From: Octopus vulgaris
Lineage: Eukaryota
DNA: 64,000 nucleotides
Direction of reading: 5' to 3'
NCBI GenBank assembly: GCA_951406725.2
Contig: OX597826.1
Coordinates: 52,390,001 to 52,454,000, forward strand
The position numbers were made by a program, and so were the translations under genes. The notes beneath the pieces were generated by a model that was given only the letters and a program-made list of their open reading frames with translations, was not told where the DNA came from and ran no database searches. Positions 52,138-64,000 of this stretch are shown here, piece by piece (the first letter of the stretch is position 1; the number at the start of each line of letters is the position of its first letter).

Positions 52138-52167
<30 letters not shown>

Positions 52168-52169
<2 letters not shown>

Positions 52170-52433
52170 ATAATAAATATTAGGGAATAAATCCAAATTT
52201 ACAGGGAAAAATCAGATTTAGGATTGAATCCAATTTTATAGTAAAATATTATATTATAGTAAATTAGAGACAAAACCACTATTATGCAAATCAAACAAAG
52301 AAAGACTTAAGCCAATACATAAAATAATTTATATAATTAAATTTAATTATATAAATTATTTTATGTATTGGCTTAAGTCTTTCTTTGTTTGATTTGCATA
52401 ATAGTGGTTTTGTCTGTAATTTAATATAATATA

Positions 52434-52437
<4 letters not shown>
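52168..52437. mobile_element. PLE-like cassette (same family as 45655) folded back into a spacerless 192-bp palindrome, within (TA)n
   Basis: 52246-52341 is the reverse complement of 52342-52437 with 2 mismatches; centre aattaaa|tttaatt. Confidence 0.88.
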
Positions 52438-52493
<56 letters not shown>

Positions 52494-52671
52494 AGAAAAA
52501 GGAGGCAGTCAGAATTTTGGACAATTCGCTATCAGCGCTTTCTTTCGTTTTTCGATTTCATCAAGACATAATCAAAATCAAAGTGATGAAATCAGAACGT
52601 TTCATTGTTTATTTATACGAATCGGATGCTTTTTTGCTTTGTTTAGAAGAGTAGAACATTGAGAAAAAGGA

Positions 52672-52834
<163 letters not shown>

Positions 52835-52837
52835 TTT

Positions 52838-52888
52838 CTAACACTGACCGATCAGTTTCGGCAATTTTCGTTTCCTCGTCAGTAATCG
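52838..52888 (-). ncRNA. Degenerate hammerhead motif divergent from 52972
   Basis: Minus strand: CTGACGA gg aaacgaaaattg cc GAAA ctgat cg gtcag TG. The cleavage triplet is GUG (non-canonical) and helix I is poor. Confidence 0.5.
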
Positions 52889-52971
52889 CTAATGTGTATA
52901 CAGAAAATTAATATAGACAGCATTATGCAATATTTTACCAAAAAAATAGCACTTTCAGCCGAGTCGAGTAG

Positions 52972-53024
52972 TCCCTACTGATGAGACTACAGAATTAGCC
53001 GAAACTGACCGGTCAGTATAGGGA
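52972..53024 (+). ncRNA. Well-formed type-I hammerhead ribozyme
   Basis: tcccta CTGATGA gacta cagaat tagcc GAAA ctgac cg gtcag TA taggga. 6-bp helix I, helix II with 1 mismatch, 14-nt palindromic helix III, GUA site. Confidence 0.85.
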
Positions 53025-53161
53025 ATTCTCGACCAGAGTTTTCGGGTGATTACAGTCCCTGTCTCATGTATTCAATTACGTGCTTTAACTACAGCATTTA
53101 TTCTTCTTAGCTCTTATTTCTAGCAACGTAGGTGTTCTGAAAACCTAGTCATAGTTAGTGG

Positions 53162-53211
<50 letters not shown>

Positions 53212-53929
53212 ATATCACCGATACCTATAACTCCACCACACACATATATACGCATGTAGCTGTGTGTGTGTGTCTTCAGATGTTATCATTTACAAGACTA
53301 GACATGTTTTGTTCTTTTGCTTTCATTTCATTTAAATGAATTCAAAGCAAGGGGAACCATGACTAATCTTGGTTATAAGCTAATTTGGAGGATGGCTATT
53401 TAAAAATATCTTTTAATAATTACAACAGAATATGCTATGCTCTGAAACTTTGAATTAGAAGCTCAGTTCATACGACAGTATTTCAGTTATCCAATTTCCC
53501 ATTTACCCAGTTTCATTCAAAGACTTCAATTAAGCTGAGCAAATCGTAATAAATGTTTTAGTGAACTCATTTCTAATTATTGAGTCGTATGTATTACAAA
53601 ATTAGCGCCAGTGGGACTTCAAGTAGCGTCTAGTAACTAATAAGCGTTATTCAATCTAGCAATTAAGATTTAACAGTCCTGATCAAAAATTAATAATAAA
53701 TTCTAATCTGTTATTAGTTTTGAGACTTTCAACTTATACTAAATTTTCTTTGGTCATGCTGAAATTCTTTTGAAATAACAAGTACAAAATTAAACTGTTC
53801 CTTTGTTCCATGTAGAAAGCAGTGAACCGAATGATACTGATAAAAACAAGTGCAACTTAAGGAAACAATATTTCTGATGAAACATACACATCACACGTGA
53901 GAAAACCACAGGACGAAAAAAATAAGCGC

Positions 53930-54570
53930 AACACATACACGGGTTCTAAACCAGCCATAAACACATACAAGTATTGTCCACTTGTGGACTCTGCCAAAAA
54001 GAAGCCCTCAAAAATTTAACCCTTAACTCACCACAATTACTCAACAAACACATCGAAGCCTTCACATGTAAACACAAATTCTTCTGCACTTTTAAATTCT
54101 TCCATAAATCCAAGTATAAACTTACTCCCCACACACATAACACTTACATACATACCTCCATGGTCGTCATTACATACCCTTGTATATCTTTTCTATCACT
54201 TAGTACCTTAGAAGATAACTGTTAATTCTTTGATTTATTTTAAAACCTTAACCGCATAGATTCCCTAACCCTTAGTTGTAACCTTCATTCCTAAATAATT
54301 TAATATTTTATTGGTTTCTCCATTCACGACGACTTACACATTCACCTATTATGAGACTCATACCTCAATAGCTAGAAATATTTCTATAGACATTGCTCTT
54401 AGCCATAAAACGGACACAAACACTTAAAACCTGACTTCCTGCCCCACCCCAAACAGCACTGGCATCTACTATCCTCTTCACTTTGAATCCCTTTCATTTT
54501 ATTTTACATTATTTTGTATTTTTTACTTTATTTTCGTTTACCTTCCTACTCTCTCCTTATTTACCCTTGT
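53930..54570 (+). mobile_element. Penelope-like element 3' remnant (ORF tail + decayed terminal repeat)
   Basis: TCGLCQKEALKNL...LLNKHIEAFTCKHKF resembles the PLE CxLCxxE...LLNKRxE...CxH tail, followed by pyrimidine-rich UTR-like sequence. Boundaries approximate. Confidence 0.6.
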
Positions 54571-54571
54571 A

Positions 54572-55742
54572 TCTTTATATATATAAAACTGAGAATGTGT
54601 GTCTGTCTATCTGTCTGTGTGTTTCCCTAAAACTTGAAAACTACACAGCCAATTTCATTCAAATTTTACACATGTCTTACTTAGGGTCCGGGGAGTGTCA
54701 TCGGCAAATTTTGTTTTTACTTTTTGCCTAGCAATATCATATCTTCTCCACTACGATTCCCTAAAACTTGAGAACTACACAACCAATTCCATTCAAATTT
54801 TACACATGCCTTACTTAGGGTCCATGTAGTTTCATGGGCAAAAAAATGTTCAACTTCTTGCCTAGAGCGAGCCCTTAGCAATATCATATTTTTTCCACTA
54901 TTTCAGTATTACGTGTTAAAAGTGAAACAAAAACGTTTCTCTATATTATGTCAGATACTTTCATTTTAACAATAAAAATAATAATAACAATTGAATTATA
55001 TGTAGTAAGTAATAATTAAAATCAAACTAAAGCATAATATAATCGTAACATAACACAAGTAAAAATAGCAATTGGTATAAAATTGCATCAATGATTTGAA
55101 CTTGAATAAGTGGATTCACATGAATGGGAATAAATCAAAAATAAAATTAGCGTGCAGAAATGGAATAGCCCAGATGAATAATAAAAAATTAAATTAAAGA
55201 AAAGACTATTGTCTATAAAGTATAAAATAGAGAGAAAAAGAAGATTTGAACACCTGGAGGAGAGCACCTTTGAAAAGTGTCTTGGTGCGACTATGAAAGA
55301 TATCTAACCAGAGGCGGTAAATTCGCCACAGTAGAAGCAAGGTTCGAGTCAACGGAGCATGCAAGGGAGTACTCGACTCGAACTTGCAAAGTGAAAATAT
55401 TTTATTCTTACCTTTATATCTGGGACGTAGGACGTCCTGGATAAAAATTTAAAATGCCCCCCTCCCAGAAATAGAGGTAGGCTGGATTGTAGCCACACTT
55501 CTATACAAGAGGGAGGACAATATACAATTGATCGAAATTACTAGAGACAGGCTAACAATTCCAGTCTGTTATATATTTTGAGTATTGTTATCACTAGCGA
55601 TATCAGCATATAACTTTGTATTTTGTATTTTATGTGTAGATGTATATATATATATAGATGTATATGTAATATGTACACATATATATACACATATATACAT
55701 GCACTAGCACTATGACCCGGCAACGACGGGTCATAATGCTTG
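54572..55742 (+). mobile_element. Non-autonomous Helitron-like element
   Basis: A|TC 5' end (tctttatatatataaaa...gtgtgtctgtct), 3' hairpin tatgacccg gcaacga cgggtcata, then CTTG|T (one change from CTAG). Internal ~134-bp tandem duplication 54624-54900. Confidence 0.78.
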
Positions 55743-55897
55743 TATATATATATATATATATATATATTTATTTATCTTCTTGTTTATTTTTGTTCATTAC
55801 GTTTTTATATTCCTTATTTTATTCTTCCTACCAATCCTTGCCAACGTCGTATCAATTGCATCCTCCCTTCTCTTTCTGTACCTCCAGTTTCCCTACC

Positions 55898-55932
<35 letters not shown>

Positions 55933-56315
55933 ATTTATTTTTCTTTCTCTTTATCCCTCGATAGCCACTTCTGCTATCATTCTGTTACGAATCATCCATG
56001 TGGTCGCGTTTCTCTATGGATATTTATACTATGAAGACTCTACTCATACCTGGATTTATATAGGCTTGTACCTAAAGACTTATGGACTAGCATCTACACT
56101 ATCGGAAGATTGAACTGGGAACTTTTATGCTTCTTTTTTTCTTCATTTCTTTTTCTTTATTTTTCTAGTCCTTTATTTCATCGTTTCCTTAATCTACATC
56201 CTTCATATTTTCCCTATTTGTCTCCGATAACGGGATATCCCATATTTTGAGATATCCCTGAAATTGCTGTATGAATTCAATTTTTTAAATAGTAATAACA
56301 TATATAACTTCAGGC

Positions 56316-56380
<65 letters not shown>

Positions 56381-56539
56381 CTTTTTGTATCATACAACTG
56401 TCTGGATGTTTTGTTGTCGCCTGTCGCGTTCTCGTCCCATTTTTGTATTCCTTTCTATATGCATATAGCGCCGTACGTACACTTTGGTCTCTTATATATA
56501 AGTATATATACATATACATATATATATATATATATATAT

Positions 56540-56730
56540 GTAACCTCGTGAGTACCGCCGGAGATTTTTTCCTCTGTCTTCCCTTCTCGGGATCTTTCCT
56601 TCTCCTGTGTTTCTGACGAAGAGCTCCGCTCGAAACGTTAAACCCTCCTTCTTCCCTTCTTTCCTGAGCGTCCAATAATACTTTATTTGTTCCACGTCCT
56701 CGCGTTGTTGTGTTTTTTGTTCGGATTAAC
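56540..56730 (+). mobile_element. Second copy of the minimal-hammerhead cassette (ribozyme 56609-56643), flanked by (TA)n
   Basis: gtttctgacgaagagctccgctcgaaacgttaaac is identical to 36147-36181; ends ggattaac(TA)n. Confidence 0.78.
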
Positions 56731-56735
56731 TATAC

Positions 56736-56797
<62 letters not shown>

Positions 56798-56959
56798 TTC
56801 TTTCCTCTCTTCTTTCTTTCGCTCTCCCTCTCTCACATTTCCTAGCCTTCCCTTCACTCTCATCCTCCCCCCTCTTTCACTTTACTCTGTCCCTTTTCTT
56901 TTTTCCTCGTCCCTCCCCCAATTCTTCTATCCCTCTGCCTTTAACTCTCTCCTCTCCTT

Positions 56960-57420
56960 CCACGTGACCAGTGTTCGACCAAGCCTGACCTTTCTTTCTT
57001 GGTTCGGCTACCATCCGTGCAACATCTGTATTCCTTCCCATGCCTGTCATCACTTATGTACCTAGGCTTCACTTTCACACACACTAGCTTAATTTAATTT
57101 CTCATTTGTCGAAAAACACCTGTTGTTTACATTTGTATTTGTGTACCATTTCTCCGCTTTTTTCCGTCCTTCTTTTCGTATATATTCGCTGCTTTCTTCC
57201 AAGGAATCTAGTGCTCGTTGGTTAGATTTTCCTTGGGGCTGACCAGATTGGATCAATCTGGAGTATAACCAGCCGAAACCGCAAAGATAATCTGGAACTC
57301 GACTGACGAAGGAAAACTCCGAATGACCCGTCCTTGTTTTTTCATGTCCCTTTTTGTATCATCCAACTGTGTGAATGTTTTATTGTCGTTTGTCACGTTC
57401 TTGTCCCATTTTTTGTGTAT
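56960..57420 (+). mobile_element. PLE-terminal-repeat-like cassette with degenerate hammerhead core (~57303)
   Basis: CTGACGA agga aaac tcc GAAT. Its 3' part (57358-57415) is similar to 56388-56450; ends at (TA)n. Confidence 0.45.
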
Positions 57421-58379
57421 ATATATATGTATAATTTTTCAGACCGTATTTCTGCTTACAATGTGTCATTACTTTTAATTCGTAAGAAATATCGATGTTT
57501 GTTTGATTAATTGCCAAAAGTAGACGATTTCCAAGTCAAGAATGTATTTTTCTTTTGCCAAAAACTGCAAAGTTGCTTTTAGGATCTATGCTTTATATAT
57601 TCAACATATACCTCCAACAATACGTGACCTCGGTGAATTTTCACTTGACTTAGTTTTCCTAGAAATAAATGTTTCTTCTGACAAAAGTTTTCGGTATCTT
57701 TCTACAAATATCCATCAGCACTCATCGAATCTTTATATTTTCATCATTACAGAGGCAGAGGGAAATGCAACGAAAAGGGAAGTAATTTTGGAGAAAAATA
57801 ATTGTCTTGTGTATTTGCTGCCAATCGTTCTAGATTTCATTAATTCGTATTCGCTCACATTAATTACGAGTCTAATAGAAATATTTGGTGGGTCGAATGT
57901 CACTAAGCTATTATAATGGATGGTTTATAGTCTCGATCTGACCTAATGTTTCGCTTTCATTTCTTTATAGTTTTATTTTGTTAGGAAATACTGTCAGGTT
58001 TCACTTGGGAACCTATTTTTGACGAAATAAATGCTTTCAATTTCGTAGTACACAAGACATTTAAGTTAATTAAATAAGTTAATTAAATGTGTTTAGCTCT
58101 GGTGTTCAACGGAATGAACTCAAAAGTGCGTAGTTACAAAGTGGCCTTTGTGTCCATGCAATTATGTCTACGCTTTCGATAAACGATGTATATTGCGAAT
58201 AAATCTCATCTTAATTAAACGATAAGTATAGCAGACTTGTAAAATATGAACACCAACAAACTAATGTTTATATTTGATATTCGTTGGAAAATTTTTTACT
58301 AAGTTTCCCAAAACACATTAAAATCTCGGAATCCCTCGCTTGGTTTTGGCTGTAGTACTTTTATTATATCAGGTAGATC

Positions 58380-59340
58380 TTTTACTCGCGTACCTCAGAG
58401 GTTTCTCGGTCCTCCAGCTATCTCTAAATATTTTCCGTCGATCCTGCCATTCTTTAATTCGTCTGTTATCATAGATAAAACCAATGAACTTATTACTACA
58501 TTAATGAAGCTATAAGTTCTACGTGATTGGCCACTATGCAGAGACTCCAAAAATAGTTATTTTCAATTAAAATATCTGCTTGTGACGGTGAAAGTATACC
58601 TGTTCGTGTAGCTTGAATCTAAATTTCCTTGTGGGTAGTAAAGAAATAGAATCTAAATTTCCTGATAAATTTTTCAATGTATCGCTTTCCATACGTCTCT
58701 CTTCACATTATTTCTAATTGTTTAACTCCTACATCTAGTTAGTCAACACCTCCGAGCTTCTTGGCTTTTGTCTATTTTCCTATTAGCTAAATCTTTAAAT
58801 GCTTGTCTTGTGCTTTTTATTCCCCTCTTTAAGCGTTCAAGTTTCAACCAAACACACTGCTATACTCCTGTTATATCTTCTATTTCTACGGCAAATTGCC
58901 CAGACGAGGCATTTTAAATCTTCTTAAAGCTCCTTACGTTTATTTAATTGTTTCTTTTTCTTGAAATATATTTTCCCCTATACGTTCACCGTTTATTTCC
59001 TGAATGCACAAACAAACTCGTACATTCTTATTATAACGTTTCTCATCCGTAACCTATCCTACACTGTAAATTGCCTTGTGTTGCATCTCCCCACCCAAAC
59101 TCATTAAGTTCAATTGTTGTAATAGGTACATCGTAAAACAATTATTTGTCAAAGATATCATTCCTCTTCCACACATCTCAGACTTCATATTTAATATTTT
59201 TGCTTTCGCCTCAACGTCATACAACACATCCAGACATTTATATTATTTCCTTATATTATTGTCTACAAAATTAATTTATTCAGGCCTTATCAGGCCTTAT
59301 CATTTTTGCTCACATTAGCACAACTCTAGGAAACATGAAT
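58380..59340 (-). mobile_element. Very decayed LINE RT-like remnant
   Basis: Faint minus-strand similarity (ERIGENI; DITGV*Q; KKLGGV) in the order expected for an L1-type RT. Confidence 0.25.
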
Positions 59341-60148
59341 TCTCCGCGTGGAGGTTGGATTTGCTAGTAAAGGCAACTTTGAAATCAGATACTTTACCGT
59401 TTTAAAACAAGAACGATACATTAGAATAATTGATGATCATAGAACACATTTCATTGAAGGTCTGGAATTTAGCAAAAGCTGCAACAAGAACAATAGAGAC
59501 AGTAATAACATCCCTGTTCTCAATAGAAAACTGCAACCAAATATCTTTGCAAAAAATCCTATCTGAATGTAGAAAAGGATCTGCTTTTATAGAAAAGTAG
59601 ATTATTGACTGGATTATTGATTAATTCTTCTGGGACACGGGATGTGGCTTCACATTTTCATTAAATGAATGGCAGCTAGGATTTTGAAAATAATTAGAAA
59701 AAGAAGAGAAAGGCGGGGTAAAATAAAAAGGAAGTCAGTGAGAAAGGAATTTTCTAAAAAATTGCTTTATTTAATTTCAGTTTATGTCGGAGCTTTGAAC
59801 CATAAGTCAGGTGAACTGTTGTAAATAGCAGCAAACAGACTTCCCCAAAGATCATATTGCACTCTCTTAAAGGACAGATGTATTGAAAAAGGAAGTCCCT
59901 CATATACAATACGACGGGTTGGTCATGCTTGGAACACTGCTGACACGTATTTCATCGACCCTAGACAGATAGATGAAGTCGACGTAGATTTGGACTTGAC
60001 ATAACGATGTTCATTTAAAACAACATATTTTTGCCTTCAACCGATTCTGTCATCCACTATTTAAACTATTTATCATGATTAATTATAATGGTGGATATTG
60101 TCAAATATTTACTAGTTATCTAATCCCTAGGCAGTTTTATAATTCTAT

Positions 60149-60301
60149 TTAACTCTTTGAAGTGTAGGCTTCTGCTGGCGCGATTTCTTTTGACTATACA
60201 CCCGGTAGACGCAAACATGGTCGTTTTCATTTACATCTTCCAGGAGTATGACCAAACGAAATCGCACCCGCTAAAGCGTACTCGTGCGTTCAGAGCGTTA
60301 A
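60149..60301. mobile_element. Degenerate TTAA-flanked MITE (piggyBac-like)
   Basis: ttaactctttgaa..gtaggcttctgctggcgcgatttc is an imperfect inverse of gaaatcgcacccgctaaagcgtac..ttcagagcgttaa. Confidence 0.45.
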
Positions 60302-62329
60302 GTTATTATAGAATAGTTCATAATTACTGATTCCTTACTTTAGAACAAAGCCTATACATTACTTTACAGAGTAAATCATGAATCGCATTGCGTGAGTGGT
60401 ACTTATTTTATCAACTCCAGAAAGATGAAAGCCAACGCATTCCTTGATGGTATTTCAATTCTTAAAGTAAAATATAACTCAAGCTAAACGCTGCAAGCCA
60501 TTTTCTTTGGTGTTGAACCGTCCATCGCTTTATTCAGAAGATCCATACGTGTTTACAAGCAAATCACATATTACAAAGTAGAGTAGAATGAAACAAGAGA
60601 TAGAATGGCAGTGACGATACGTGAGACTTTTCAGTGTGGATAAACGGCCACTTGTAGAAAGAAAAATTTTACTTTTTGTTACTATAGTAACACGTACGTT
60701 CTCTTCCAGCTATTGGACACAAGTAATTAATTTGATAAATGCCAGCCTAGTAATTGACCTAAATCAGCCCATATAGTCTTTCCGAATATTCCTTAAAATC
60801 CATTCCTTTATAATCATTATATTCTTATGGCTTGTCACGAAGTAATTGTTAAAATGAACATGATAAGGTGGTCGTTTAAAATATGAAGACTTTTAAAGCT
60901 GTCAATAGTTCGAATCCAACAACAGCCAATGTTTTCAATCTTCTAGCAACTTAATCAGTTATCAGTTCTATTTAAGTGTAATCGGATACGCGATTGAGTA
61001 CACACAGATAATTGCTTTAGAAAGTCAAGATGTTGTAAAATTGATTACTATTCCATCAGTCTGGAATAGTCTTAAAGTTTTTAAAGGAAAGCCAGATTCA
61101 TTGAGTTTATATGTCATCGGGATTTATTGGCTGGAGACTCGAAACTTGTGAACTATAAGAATATGAGTTGTAACACAAAGTCTAATTAGACAGATGCAGT
61201 TTACTAAACTATCGACAGATGAGAAAAAGAAAGGGAGAAAGAGAGGGGAGAGATAAAAAGAGTGGGAGATGCATTTCTCCAGATGGACACGAAATATTAT
61301 GAAGATTTTAAAGGTCTTAAGTTTCTGCTACAAAGACCAATGTCACTCAGAACTGTTTGACTCCCTCTATCGTCCCTAGAAATGCTAGAAATAACGAAAT
61401 AACTATCTCTCTGAAATTCTACCTAAGCTCTCTGAAATTCTATCCTCTCGTCTTAAATATAGGGAATCACACATTGGATATCGTATTCCTAGATACGCTA
61501 ACAGACATTGTGGCCATGCTTGGAATGGATTTAATCACAGGTTTTCTCAATTCAGGTCTGACCTAGGAACAAACAACTGTGAACACGTTTTTGTATATAT
61601 ATAATGTAGACAAAATCTGTTTCCCCCGTAATTATCCCCAAATTACTATTAAACATTTCCACCTCAGGCGTCGCTACTCTAAGTATCGATTGAATTACAA
61701 ATATATGAATGAATCAAGGTAACGACCGTACAAGGGTAAAATAAAAAACCTTGAAACAGATTTAGTAGCAGAAAAGATACAAGCTCTAGGATTTTTCATC
61801 ATGAAACCACACCTTTTAACAAAATGTTTATCGATTTTCACGTAAAGTTTCATATCGTTTTACTTGCAAATATAAAGTAATTAAACTAGAATCGATTATT
61901 CCATTAAAGGCTGCCTATCCCATAACTGTTATTTTTAAACTGAATTAGATTAAGTTATCGATGAATTACATTTATAGATTAGGTATATGCCCTCATTCAT
62001 AAGCAACTTCGTAGTTGAAGGAAGAAGACGTTACTAGAACTCTTCTTCATATAGAGAGTACAGGAAATGCAGTGAAGTAGCGTGGCATTACAGTATAAAT
62101 AAATGAGGAAATGAATGAAATAATTTATAAACAACAAGAAAATAGATGTGGAACAAACAAAAAGGTCTGGGAATTCTAACGCAGACGTAACTAAATCGAA
62201 GACTAATTGACTCACAAAAAGAAAACCGTCTTGTTCAGATTGGATGTTTCACACAGCCTGTAAAATTCAAAAGGCTGATTTCAAGGTAGAGTTATTTTTC
62301 CTATATGGTGTTTATAAATATGTGTGTGT

Positions 62330-62555
62330 GGAGGGCACGTGGCCTAGTGGTTAGGCTGTTGTACTCACAATCGCTAGATTGTGGGTTCGATTTCCAGATT
62401 GGGCGGCGCGTTATGTTCTTGAGCAAAACACTTCATTTCACGTTGCTCCACCCCACCCTTTTGGAAGAGAGTGGGGGAATATTGGGCTGCTCGCCTAGCC
62501 ACCGAGGTGGTGTCTTTTGAAGGCTAAAACAATGCAAAATGCATTCTGACCAGCT
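62330..62555 (+). mobile_element. SINE with family-C-type tRNA head
   Basis: gggcacgtggcctagtggttagg...gggttcgatttcc...gttcttgagcaaaacacttcatttcacgttgctcca. Confidence 0.78.
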
Positions 62556-62559
62556 ATAT

Positions 62560-62878
62560 GTAACAAGTTTTCCGAGCTGCCGTACCTTCGTAATCACCAT
62601 TAAACTCATCCAACTCTTTTCGAATCCTCTGCACCGTCCTCGGATTGACATCCAGACACTCTGAAATGTTCGTATTGGAGCTTCCGGTGCAAATGCCAAG
62701 CAGTAGAGCATATCTTTTCCAAATTTCTGGGTGAGTGAATTGGGTGATGATGCTATTTTTCTCACAGACGGCGTCCTACTGACCCTACTGAACTGTGTAG
62801 TCGACAAAATAAAAAAACAAATGCATGTGCGAAATAAAAGAAAATTTAAATGGCGCCAATTTACCCATCGCACGTTGT
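62560..62878 (-). mobile_element. Mariner-like 5' end (TIR + HTH start)
   Basis: Terminus TA-caacgtgcgatgggtaaattggcg, similar to the 29559 TIR. Minus-strand KRYALLLGICTGSSNTNISECLDVNPRTVQRIRKEL. Confidence 0.7.
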
Positions 62879-62921
62879 ATATATATATATATATATATGT
62901 ATATTTATATATATATTGTTT

Positions 62922-63003
62922 CTTTTATTCTTTTATTTGCTTCAGTCATTTGACTGCGGACATGCTGGACAACTGTCTTTAGTCGCGTACACACACAGGC
63001 AGA

Positions 63004-63056
<53 letters not shown>

Positions 63057-63218
63057 GACGGACTTATTTCCGTTTTCGCCTACCAAATCCACTCACAAGG
63101 CTTTAGTCAGTCCACGTCTATGGTAGAAGACATCTGTCTAAGGTGTCACGCAGTGGGACTGAATCCGGAACCATGAAGGTGGAAAGCAAACTTCTTACCA
63201 CACACCCACGCTTACGCC
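62922..63218 (-). mobile_element. SINE family B with internal deletion and (TA)n
   Basis: ttcagtcatttgactgcgg...(TA)n...taccaaatccactcacaaggcttt...cagtgggactgaatccggaaccatg...cttaccacac. Confidence 0.85.
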
Positions 63219-63314
63219 TATAATACATAATATATAAATATAATAATAATAATATATATATATAATGTATACGTATATATATGTATGTATATGCATGTAT
63301 ATATATACATACTT

Positions 63315-63367
<53 letters not shown>

Positions 63368-63567
63368 TACATGTATAGAATATAAGGATAAAATCACGTT
63401 AATGATTTTTATCAGGTATAAAGATTTATAGATAATTTATACATTAAAGCGAATCTGCTTTGTACGGTATGTGTAATTATTTGTATCTACATTTCCCGTG
63501 TATTTTTTGACGAAGGAAAAAAGCCTGTTTTTATGGTTTTAATCCAGAAAATGGAACCAATTCACGA

Positions 63568-64000
63568 TTAATATGAAGTTCTGAAACTTTTCAAGAGAAG
63601 ATTCATCTCATTCTTGTTGATGTTTCTATTTGACAAATTTAGGATCTTTGGGTGTGAATGTTCTGTGTGCTCATTAAAGTCTTCTACTGCGTCAGGTCTA
63701 CTGCACGATTGTGGTATTTTCTCCCTAAAAAAGAATTGTATTACTGTGATTCCATTTTCTGTTTCCAAGGTTTTGGTTCCCTCGAAGGTGTGGGGATGTT
63801 TCATGTTCTTTGTACGCATTTCGTTGTCTATAGATTCTGTCTTCTTTCCATCTTCTATGTTTATTAGGCCATTCAGGATATTGTATGGGATTGTTAGTCG
63901 TAAATCATGGGTTTCTTGAGTTTCTGTGATGATTATTCATACTATAGTTTCCGTGTTGCCCGTATTTTACTTGTTTTTCTTTCCATGTATTCATCCGTCT
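63568..64000 (-). pseudogene. Probable Penelope-like ORF N-terminal remnant (runs off window)
   Basis: HPKILNLSNRNINKNEMNLLLK resembles the VxNLSxxxLxxxExxLLxKGL motif upstream of the PLE RT. An oppositely oriented degenerate TGACGAAGG...GAAA lies at ~63508-63550. Confidence 0.45.

Noticed and set aside
59348-59566. 72-aa ORF with ordinary composition
   Set aside because: Short, GTG start, no recognisable family, adjacent to decayed repeat sequence.

Overview
AT-rich eukaryotic intronic or intergenic DNA, dominated by microsatellites ((TA)n, (CA)n, (TACA)n, (TAGA)n, (AAT)n) and decayed transposable elements. The SINE families and repeat landscape look like an octopus (cephalopod) genome; this is an inference from pattern recognition. 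I can support no intact host gene, tRNA, rRNA or CRISPR array, and almost all listed ORFs are microsatellite artefacts or transposon remnants. Elements found: three tRNA-derived SINE families (several with target-site duplications), Tc1/mariner relics and a MITE, a hAT MITE, a Helitron-like element, a DINE-1/HINE-like element, an internally deleted RTE LINE with three C-terminal C2H2 fingers, an R4/Dong-like restriction-endonuclease LINE fragment, L1/Tx1-like fragments and Penelope-like (PLE) remnants. The most notable signal is at least nine well-formed and several degenerate type-I hammerhead ribozyme motifs (CUGANGA...GAAA...UH). Most have a palindromic helix III. They lie in short non-coding PLE-derived cassettes, often abutting (TA)n tracts, and one family forms long fold-back palindromes. 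All folds were read by eye and none is tested.
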